A stretch of 59,543 bases of DNA, filler included. It is 4 parts of 4 records of this genome, joined end to end, with 100 filler letters (N's around TTAATTAATTAA, not from the genome) between each part and the next. Parts side by side here need not be neighbours in the genome. Positions count along the whole stretch, not along the records: positions 27,211 to 51,897 come from SRR31156797_6616; 3 more parts are not named here. The stretch is one strand, 5' to 3'. Below are positions 40,472 to 48,100 of the stretch, piece after piece (positions within the stretch are counted from its first letter, which is position 1; each line of letters starts with the position of its first letter). The notes beneath the pieces are model-generated. The model did not search any database. It was not told the origin of the DNA and worked only from the letters and a program-made list of their open reading frames with translations. The translations under genes were made by a program, and so were the position numbers.

Positions 40472-41017
40472 CTACCTCTCGCCAAGCAGAAGGCTCTCTG
40501 CAAATGCCCAGCATTCAGCTTTATTCATCAGTGTTCTGGGGTGCTTTTTTTCAGACACCTGTTTCTCATTCAGCCCTATCATTTTATAAAATTTATCAAG
40601 CCCGGCCTTATCCTCTTCGCTCATCTGCGAATAGATCATCTCGCCGTGAAGCATAGCTCCTGCGATACACCATTTGCCAAGCCTCTCAGCATATTTTTCG
40701 AGGTTCAAAAGACCACCGTAAGCTCTGCCGTTCACCATAACCGGCTCTGTCTTCATCACTACCCCAAAAAGCCCTGTCTTAACTTTTCTGAGGCTCTCGA
40801 TATTTCGGTCTATGTATTCCTCAAGCTCCGGCAGAAAACTGTGATTATATATACCTGAGCCGAGGAGTACTAAATCGTACTCCCCCGTGCTCAAGGCTGT
40901 ATCAGCTCTTTCAAGTGTTACTTCTATATCTTTTTCTGCTCGCAGCCTTTCTGCTATCCAGCCCGCTATCTCCGCTGTGGAGCCGTAGCGGCTGGCGTAA
41001 ACTATCCTTACATTCAT
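40472..41017 (-). CDS. Flavodoxin-domain protein (HemG/Flavodoxin_5-like)
   Basis: IVYASRYGSTAEIA FMN-binding loop, YDLVLLGSGIY; start set at MNVRIVY right after the receptor stop. Confidence 0.8.
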   Translation of the reverse strand: MNVRIVYASRYGSTAEIAGWIAERLRAEKDIEVTLERADTALSTGEYDLVLLGSGIYNHSFLPELEEYIDRNIESLRKVKTGLFGVVMKTEPVMVNGRAYGGLLNLEKYAERLGKWCIAGAMLHGEMIYSQMSEEDKAGLDKFYKMIGLNEKQVSEKKHPRTLMNKAECWAFAESLLLGER

Positions 41018-41018
41018 C

Positions 41019-43049
41019 TTAAAAATCCACTGTCGCCTTAAGGATGAAATGTCTGCCAGGCTCTTCAAGGGGCGAGAGTGCTACGAAATACTCTTTATTT
41101 GTTATGTTTAACGCCTCAGCAGTAATGATTACTCTCCTGCCGTCTTTCAGGTTGTAGCCGTAGTTAAGATTAAGATTATATGTTGTGTAACCATCGGTTC
41201 TATCCACTAAACCACCTGAGGCCTCATCCTCTGCATCTGAAGCATATCTCAGATAGATATCAGATGAGAAAAACGACTTTTTGAAAGATTTGTCATACTG
41301 AACACCCAGTCTGCCGAACTTCTCAGGCATACCGTTTTTAGTGGTGGAAAAGCCATCAGTTTCATATTTTCTGCGCATATATGTACCGTTTATATAAGGT
41401 CTGAAGTCAGCAATCCTATACCCTGCTGCAAGCTCTAAACCTGTCGTATTAGCTTTATCAACGTTTCTATAAAATCTTGCATCAGCCCCGTTAATCGTTG
41501 TTGCGATAGTGGTTATATAGTCCTTGGCTTTGTTATGAAAAATGGCAGCATCAACATCCAGAGCCTTATTATCAAACCTTACACCAATCTCATAGTTATC
41601 AGATGATTCAGGATCAAGATCAGGATTAGAGTAGGTAGGAATAGTACTTCCGTGGGTTGTACCCATGTAAAGCTGCTGAAGGTTTGGAGTTCTATAGCCT
41701 CTGGAATATAGAGCACGTAGCGCTGTGTTTTTAACACCGGTATAAACAAGGGAAACACTCCCCACTACACTCTTAGTATCCGAACTCCCTTTCTCGTATG
41801 AAGGGTTGTCAGTGCTTGTAAGCTCTGTGTCAGTTATCGTATATCTAAGACCGCCTGACAGAATAAAATTATCGCCAAGCATCTGCTCATCGTGAACGAA
41901 GAAAGCTTTACTGACCTGCTCCGCTTCACTATCATAATAGTCAAAAGCACTTGCACCAAAACCTTTTTTAGTATCGTCAACTTCAAGATCGTCTTTCATA
42001 TATTCAAAACCAGCAATCAGAAGGTTTGTATCGTGCAGATCAAAATCCATCTGAAGGTTGGCACCAGTGCTCATAAGGTCATTTTCAGTGGTGGAAAGAG
42101 ATTCCATAGACATAACCATAGGTCCCATCTGCTGGGTCATAAACATGTTATTAACAAACTTCTTATATGTAGACTGACGATAAGCATCGATACGGACTTT
42201 GCTCAGCTTACCAGTAAGCTCTTTCAGCTCGACATACGCTGCTGTCTTCTGACGATCCCAGTCAGGGAGATCCATCTCCATAGCAAACGATTCGCTGTCC
42301 TCATAGCCTGTTCTGACCTCATTGTCTGATCTATAGTCAGTATGCTCCACACCGAAAGAGTATTTATCGCTCTCATATCCGGTGAGCAATCTGATATTCA
42401 GGTTATCATATTCAGTGTGATCAATCTCATCACCGTCAGTATCTATCCTGTTACCATGATTAGAGCGGGTTCCCTCACCTCTGTAGTAAAAGCCTTTGTA
42501 TGAACCGTAGAGAGCAATCGAGGTGTCAAACCCTTCTGTTCCAGAGTTATAAGTCGTTGTCACCGTACCCTGAATAGGCTTATCGCCACCCTTCTTAGTG
42601 ATAACATTTATAGCACCGCCGATGGCTTCTGAGCCGTAAAGAACAGATGCAGGTCCTTTAATAACCTCGATCCTTTCAATAGAATTTGTATCTATCAGAA
42701 GAGGAGCACCATCCATAGACTTCTGCTCGGAAAGCTTAACCCCGTCTATCATAACTAAAGATCTGGAACCGCTCTCGCCACGGAGATTAAGCCTGTAGAC
42801 CCCGGCAGCACCAGTAGATGTAACCTGAACACCGGGAACATCACGCAGAATATCTGCGATATTTGATGCACCCTGCCTTGTAATCTCCTCACCTGTCATA
42901 ACAGACAGAGTCATAGGAACTTCTTTCGCCACCTTCTCAGTTCTGGTAGCCGTTACCAATACTTCATCACTTTGAAGCTGTTTATCCTGTGCAAAAGCGC
43001 TCATAGCCATAAAGCACACGGATAAAACAACAAGAATGATTCTTGTCAT
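41019..43049 (-). CDS. TonB-dependent outer-membrane receptor, probably for haem
   Basis: Signal peptide, EVLVTATR TonB box, IERIEVIKGPASVLYGSEAIGG plug, YRTP..NPDL, terminal F; AGGAG RBS; hut gene context. Confidence 0.9.
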   Translation of the reverse strand: MTRIILVVLSVCFMAMSAFAQDKQLQSDEVLVTATRTEKVAKEVPMTLSVMTGEEITRQGASNIADILRDVPGVQVTSTGAAGVYRLNLRGESGSRSLVMIDGVKLSEQKSMDGAPLLIDTNSIERIEVIKGPASVLYGSEAIGGAINVITKKGGDKPIQGTVTTTYNSGTEGFDTSIALYGSYKGFYYRGEGTRSNHGNRIDTDGDEIDHTEYDNLNIRLLTGYESDKYSFGVEHTDYRSDNEVRTGYEDSESFAMEMDLPDWDRQKTAAYVELKELTGKLSKVRIDAYRQSTYKKFVNNMFMTQQMGPMVMSMESLSTTENDLMSTGANLQMDFDLHDTNLLIAGFEYMKDDLEVDDTKKGFGASAFDYYDSEAEQVSKAFFVHDEQMLGDNFILSGGLRYTITDTELTSTDNPSYEKGSSDTKSVVGSVSLVYTGVKNTALRALYSRGYRTPNLQQLYMGTTHGSTIPTYSNPDLDPESSDNYEIGVRFDNKALDVDAAIFHNKAKDYITTIATTINGADARFYRNVDKANTTGLELAAGYRIADFRPYINGTYMRRKYETDGFSTTKNGMPEKFGRLGVQYDKSFKKSFFSSDIYLRYASDAEDEASGGLVDRTDGYTTYNLNLNYGYNLKDGRRVIITAEALNITNKEYFVALSPLEEPGRHFILKATVDF

Positions 43050-43146
43050 AGATTTCTCCTTATTAGGTTTTGTTGGAATTCGTGATTCTCTTATTGGTTT
43101 AAACGGTGCTTGAAGCACTCAGAATTATTTTGTTTCGGTTTTTTGC

Positions 43147-43290
43147 TTATCGCCGCAGCATGAGATAAAACTGCACGTATCCGCATTTAGGACATTTGAC
43201 TTCAACAGCTTTTACATAACCCTTCATGAGCAGCCTGTTACAGCGTATGCATCTGATCTCAGATTTACAGCAGTATTCCTTCAAGGTCAT
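43147..43290 (-). CDS. Com-family (phage Mu Com-like) zinc-finger protein, copy 1; not in ORF track
   Basis: Hand translation, 47 aa: MTLKEYCCKSEIRCIRCNRLLMKGYVKAVEVKCPKCGYVQFYLMLRR; first ORF after the Fur box. Confidence 0.75.
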   Translation of the reverse strand: MTLKEYCCKSEIRCIRCNRLLMKGYVKAVEVKCPKCGYVQFYLMLRR

Positions 43291-43321
43291 TTCGATCTCG
43301 CTAATGAATTTTATTAAAGTT

Positions 43322-43340
43322 GATATTGATTATCATTATC
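43322..43340 (-). promoter_or_regulatory. Fur box in the haem operon promoter
   Basis: Minus strand GATAATGATAATCAATATC, 18/19 match to GATAATGATAATCATTATC; TTGACA (-35) on minus at 43350-43355. Confidence 0.88.
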
Positions 43341-43361
43341 CCTTCATTATGTCAAGACTAA

Positions 43362-43375
43362 AATTGTATACAATT
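43362..43375. promoter_or_regulatory. Perfect palindrome, possible GntR-type operator
   Basis: AATTGTATACAATT just upstream of the -35 element. Confidence 0.35.
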
Positions 43376-43499
43376 GCTTCACACCTATTTTCTCAGCATT
43401 ATCCGCAGTTGTTTAAGTATTATATCAGAAGCAACGCCAGTCACTTGCCAACAAATCACCAGCCCGATTAACCTAAGTTTTACTTATTAACTGATACAG

Positions 43500-43519
43500 A
43501 AATCAAACACGTTTGATTT
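43500..43519. promoter_or_regulatory. Inverted repeat, possible operator
   Basis: AAATCAAAC-AC-GTTTGATTT. Confidence 0.35.
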
Positions 43520-43973
43520 TTAAAACAATTTACACTTTTTTACATCATTTTCATAAGTTTACTATTTATTCAAAATATAGCCATTATAGAACCTGTTAAA
43601 AGGCACATCTAAAAGTTGCTAATTATTAACAACTAATAAAACATACAAGAATACATATAATTGTATTTAGTTCAACCCCTACACTACCATTTTGAACAAT
43701 CGCTATAAATATAGCTATATCATTGTTATATTATGCTTTTTCGAGATATTCTTATGGAAAAGCTGTAAAACTATATTATCATTATAATTAATAACTAAAG
43801 TAAGACTTATTATGTTTTCAAATAATACGTCTTAAGTTTAACTATAAGTAATTCGGCAGACAGTTCTCTAATTGAATCTAAGTTTAACTTATGATTCATC
43901 ACTACAGACTTTCCTGCCTGATGACATATGTATAATTAATTGATTGGTTACATCACATTTATTTGGAGGTCAC

Positions 43974-46487
43974 ATGTCTAATCTGAGTCGTAGAAATTTC
44001 CTAAAATTATCGGCTTTGACTGTCGGAAGCAGTTTATGTTCCTTTAAACCAGCATCGGCAGACGTCACCAGAGTTGACTTTGGTGTTGAAAAAAAAATCC
44101 CTGTCCTTTGCAGAATGTGCGCTCAGTTTTGCCCTATGGTCGCACATGTTCGTGACGGCAGAGTTATCCGAGTAGAGTCCAACAAAAACTCTAAATATTC
44201 AGGTATCTGCGCCAGAGGAAGGGCGGCTACAGGGGCTCTCTATAACCCTGACCGCATCAGCGCTCCGCTTGTCAGAGTTGGCAAAAGGGGCGAAGGTAAA
44301 TTCCGCAGAGCAACGTGGGATGAAGCTATCTCAATCGTAGCTGAAAAGATGAAGGCTCTTAAAGATGCTGATGAACAGCACCTTCTCGCTTTCCTCCCAA
44401 GATTTAACAGCGCCGGCGGACTTGATAAGCACTTTTACAAAGTGTACGGCACGCCTAATATTGTAGGCTATGGTGATACCTGTTTCGGAAACAGCCTCAG
44501 CGTAAGCCTGGGCTCAGTTCTCGGCGGCAAGCTCTCAGGCGGAGTTCCGAGCCAGGGAACTGCTACACTAACTCCGGACTACGAACAAGCTGAGTATGGC
44601 ATCCTAATCGGACGTAACCCTGGAGGCGGTCTTGTAACCTTCCCTTGGGGCGTAATGTTCGGGCGAGGCAAAGGCAATAATCTTAAAGTAACGGTTGTAG
44701 ACCCGAGAAAACCCTCTGAGGCTGGTGAAAGCGATTCAGACTGGCTCCCTATCAGACCGGGAACAGACTCTGCTTTCCTCGCTGCAATAATCAGTGAGGT
44801 GCTTAACAAAAAATACTACGATGAGAAATACCTCAGAAAGTATACCAATATAGATATGATCGTAGATGCTGAAACAGGCTTACCTCTCGGCGAGCAGAAA
44901 GAGAAAGTTTTAGACTATCTCGTTTTTGAAGCGGGCGAGTTCAAAGCTAAATCAGAATCTGCTCACCCTGAGATACACGGTGTTTTTGAGTATGAGGGGC
45001 GAAAGGTAAAAACTGCTCTTCAGGCTATGACTGACGCATCAAAAGAGTTCACCCCTGCGTGGGCTTCGAAAGTTTGCGACATGCCAGCTGACAAAATCGA
45101 AAGCGTAGCTCAAAGACTCAATCAGGCTAAGCCTAAAGTTTTTGTCGAGAGAGGCTACAGGTCGGAAAGATACGCCAGCTCACTCAGGGCTAAGGTGAAC
45201 ATCTCCATACTCAATGTTCTTCTCGGTGCCATAGGTACTGAGGGCGGCATGATCATCCAGCGTAAAGTGGCACTAGGCAAACCTTTCAAATCACCTAAAG
45301 GCAAGATGCCTAACATTATAAAGACACTTATGAAAGAGGAAAATGACCTCAAATTCTCAAACACAGGTCACTTCCGCCGTACATATTTCAGATCTATCCT
45401 TGAGGAGAATCCATACCTCTCAAAGATGGCAATAATAGACGGTCAGAATGTTATCGGCGGTTCCGCTGCCGGCGACTATGTGGCAAAAGCTCTTGAAAAG
45501 CTCGAAACAGTTGTAGCCATAGCTCCGTTCATGAACGAGACAACTATGTATGCAGATGTTATCTTTCCGAGCACACTTTTTATGGAGAGAGACGAACCCC
45601 TCAGACCTAAGTGGAAAGCACCTTTCCCTGTGATTGGTGTTAACCGTAAAGCTGTTGAGCCGCTCTTCGGCATAATGGACACTTACAAGCTTTACTTAGA
45701 GCTTGCTAAGAGACTTTTCACAGCAGAGGAATTCGAACAGCACTTCGGCGCATTCTCCAGAAAAGGCATGAGATATATCTGGGAGAAAGAGTACGCAGGA
45801 ATAAGCAAAATATCTGATTCAGAGAAAGCTAGCATACCGCCACTCGACGTACTGCTTGAGCAGGGGCTCTGGTCAACAGATAAACCGAAGTACAAAACTA
45901 AATCAAAAGGTACGCCTACAGGCTTCATTGAGCCTTACAGCACATACCTTGCAAAAAGTTATCAGGAGCTCAAAGAGGCTGGGTTTAAAAATGCAGAACA
46001 CGCAAACCCTCTCCCTATACATAATGCTCCTTTCTGGATGGAACAGAAACCTGTGCTTGATAAAGACGAGTTTGTTCCTATCACCGGCTTTTCGCCTCTG
46101 AACTCTTTTACAGGAGCTCAGACGAAAAACAACCCTCTGATCAAAACTTTCGCCGATACCCTCGAGCTTAACTCAGTATATATCAATGCGGATAAGGGCA
46201 CGAATGCAGGGCTTAAGGACGGAGACAAAATCGAGATATTTAACATCGAAAAACCTGATCTTATCTCTGAGGCAACAGTAAGGTTATCTGAGCTTGTTCA
46301 GCCTGACACACTCTTCACATATTTCGGTATGGGTGCAGGTTATTTCAAAGGTCACGCCGCAGGTATGAAGTATGCCTATAAGGACGGATTCAACCCTAAC
46401 CACGTCTCAAACTTTAAGTTTAACCCTCTCACAGGAGGACAGCCGTCTCAGGACATGATCGTTAAAGTCAGGAGGGTAGCGAAATGA
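43974..46487 (+). CDS. Tat-exported molybdopterin oxidoreductase catalytic subunit (PsrA/PhsA-like)
   Basis: SRRNFLK Tat motif, CRMCAQFC..C FS0 cluster, YNPDRISAPL, GDTC putative Mo-ligating Cys, VVDPR, ADVIFPS..ER; GGAGG RBS. Confidence 0.85.
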   Translation: MSNLSRRNFLKLSALTVGSSLCSFKPASADVTRVDFGVEKKIPVLCRMCAQFCPMVAHVRDGRVIRVESNKNSKYSGICARGRAATGALYNPDRISAPLVRVGKRGEGKFRRATWDEAISIVAEKMKALKDADEQHLLAFLPRFNSAGGLDKHFYKVYGTPNIVGYGDTCFGNSLSVSLGSVLGGKLSGGVPSQGTATLTPDYEQAEYGILIGRNPGGGLVTFPWGVMFGRGKGNNLKVTVVDPRKPSEAGESDSDWLPIRPGTDSAFLAAIISEVLNKKYYDEKYLRKYTNIDMIVDAETGLPLGEQKEKVLDYLVFEAGEFKAKSESAHPEIHGVFEYEGRKVKTALQAMTDASKEFTPAWASKVCDMPADKIESVAQRLNQAKPKVFVERGYRSERYASSLRAKVNISILNVLLGAIGTEGGMIIQRKVALGKPFKSPKGKMPNIIKTLMKEENDLKFSNTGHFRRTYFRSILEENPYLSKMAIIDGQNVIGGSAAGDYVAKALEKLETVVAIAPFMNETTMYADVIFPSTLFMERDEPLRPKWKAPFPVIGVNRKAVEPLFGIMDTYKLYLELAKRLFTAEEFEQHFGAFSRKGMRYIWEKEYAGISKISDSEKASIPPLDVLLEQGLWSTDKPKYKTKSKGTPTGFIEPYSTYLAKSYQELKEAGFKNAEHANPLPIHNAPFWMEQKPVLDKDEFVPITGFSPLNSFTGAQTKNNPLIKTFADTLELNSVYINADKGTNAGLKDGDKIEIFNIEKPDLISEATVRLSELVQPDTLFTYFGMGAGYFKGHAAGMKYAYKDGFNPNHVSNFKFNPLTGGQPSQDMIVKVRRVAK

Positions 46488-47296
46488 AAAAGCAGCTAAT
46501 GGTTTATGACACTAAGAAGTGCATACGATGTTTTTCGTGCATGGTGAACTGCTCTGTGGAAAACCGGGCACGCCTGCAAAGGGATAAAAACATAAATGTT
46601 GAAAAGTCGAGCAATCGGGAGATGTTGCACAAGAATTACATCACTCCTGTGGAAAAAGAGGTCGGAAAATATCCGGACGCCAAGCGCATTACGGCTTTCC
46701 ACCACTGCAACCACTGTGTAAATCACCCTTGCCTTAACATCTGCCCGTCAAACGCAATAGGCACAAGGAAGAACGGCTCTGTAGTTATTAACGAAGAGCT
46801 CTGTGTAGGGTGCCGCTCATGTCAGGATGCGTGTCCATACGATGTGCCGGCATACAGCAGTAAAGATAACAAATGCTATAAGTGTATCATGTGCTACGAC
46901 AGGGTCGAAAATGGGCTCAAGCAGGCATGTGTGGAAGGCTGTCCCACTGAAGCTATGATCTCAGGTGACTATGACGAGGTTATGGCTGAGGCTAAAAAGA
47001 GAGCCGCTCACTACAGCAAGCTAACCGGCGAACAGTATACCGTTTACGGAGCTGACAAGGTCAATTCTTACGTTGGCGCTCTATCATGGATGACTATTGC
47101 GCCTGTTAAGGATGCTGAGCTTTACGGTCTTGTAAAAGACCCATTCAAAGCTGCTATCAGCGTAAGAGAGATAGCTAAATCCGGCGGCGCATTTATCAGT
47201 GCTGCGGCAGTGGTCGGTACATTCGGACATTTTATGTACTGGCTTGGTAAACGTAAAAGTAAAATTGCTGAGAGCAAGGAGGCCGGAGATGAGTAA
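46484..47296 (+). CDS. 4Fe-4S electron-transfer subunit with C-terminal TM anchor (FdnH/PhsB-like)
   Basis: CIRCFSCMVNC, CNHCVNHPCLNIC, CVGCRSCQDAC, CIMC..ACVEGC; hydrophobic C-terminal helix. Confidence 0.88.
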   Translation: MKKQLMVYDTKKCIRCFSCMVNCSVENRARLQRDKNINVEKSSNREMLHKNYITPVEKEVGKYPDAKRITAFHHCNHCVNHPCLNICPSNAIGTRKNGSVVINEELCVGCRSCQDACPYDVPAYSSKDNKCYKCIMCYDRVENGLKQACVEGCPTEAMISGDYDEVMAEAKKRAAHYSKLTGEQYTVYGADKVNSYVGALSWMTIAPVKDAELYGLVKDPFKAAISVREIAKSGGAFISAAAVVGTFGHFMYWLGKRKSKIAESKEAGDE

Positions 47297-47972
47297 AAAG
47301 ATAGAAGTTTTCAGCCACATACAGATTTGGTACCACAAGCATATCATACACTTCATGATATTCTTTATACTCACAGGACTGCCCGTACTGTCTGCTGATT
47401 TCAAATGGCTGGCATATTTTTACGGACTGCCTTTCAGCATCTTTTCCGATGCTGCGGGTGTAGCAGAGGTCACGGCGGTAGGTATTCAGGTAGCTAGAGT
47501 TATCCACAGAGGCGTTGCGCTTATGTTCATTCTGGTGACAATACCTTTTGCTATTGTCATGCTTAAAGATATAGCCAACTGGCAGATATGGCCTGAGAGA
47601 AACGGCGGCGGACTTGGCGAAGGGGTAAAGCAGCTCAACAACGCATATGTTAAATTTGAGCCTGCAAAGATAGGGAAATACAACCTCGGTCAGAAGCTGC
47701 TCGCATGGTTCCTGATTATAAGTATGATCCTCATGACATACAGCGGTTTTGTACTGATGATGAGAGATTCATTCTCTGCTCAGATGGCAACCCTCATGCG
47801 TGGTGTTCATGCGGTCACTTTTATACTGGTGGCTGTGGCTCTCATAGTACACCTCTACTTCGCAGTTTTCCCTCCTAACAGAAAGGGCTTCAAAGCTATG
47901 TTCGGAGATGGAGAGATGGACGAGGAGTACGTGGAGAAGAAACACCCGCTCTGGTATGATAAGATAAAATAA
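47289..47972 (+). CDS. Cytochrome b membrane subunit (FdnI/PhsC-like)
   Basis: Four TM helices with His ligands, GKYNLGQK, AMFGDG..KHPLWY end. Confidence 0.85.
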   Translation: MSKKIEVFSHIQIWYHKHIIHFMIFFILTGLPVLSADFKWLAYFYGLPFSIFSDAAGVAEVTAVGIQVARVIHRGVALMFILVTIPFAIVMLKDIANWQIWPERNGGGLGEGVKQLNNAYVKFEPAKIGKYNLGQKLLAWFLIISMILMTYSGFVLMMRDSFSAQMATLMRGVHAVTFILVAVALIVHLYFAVFPPNRKGFKAMFGDGEMDEEYVEKKHPLWYDKIK

Positions 47973-47978
47973 TTATTC

Positions 47979-48008
47979 AAAAGAGGTGCCTCAGTGTGCC
48001 TCTTTTTT
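47979..48008 (+). terminator. Terminator of the molybdoenzyme operon
   Basis: AAAAGAGGTGC..GTGCCTCTTTT stem followed by a T-run. Confidence 0.6.
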
Positions 48009-48069
48009 CTGGCACAACGTAAAAAAGCCAGACTTTGAAAGCCCGGCTTAATTGAATCTTATATAAATT

Positions 48070-48093
48070 GGGGAGCAAAATATGCTCCCCTTT
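48070..48093 (-). terminator. Hairpin after the cytochrome/TolB gene
   Basis: GGGGAGCA-AAATA-TGCTCCCC. Confidence 0.55.
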
Positions 48094-48100
48094 ATCTAGT

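Noticed and set aside
43050-43118. Longer GTG start for the TonB-dependent receptor given by the ORF track
   Set aside because: ATG 43049 has an AGGAG RBS and begins a proper signal peptide; the extension covers the leader hairpin
43226-43471. 81-aa plus-strand ORF
   Set aside because: Overlaps the Com-like gene and Fur box on the opposite strand; no RBS or motif
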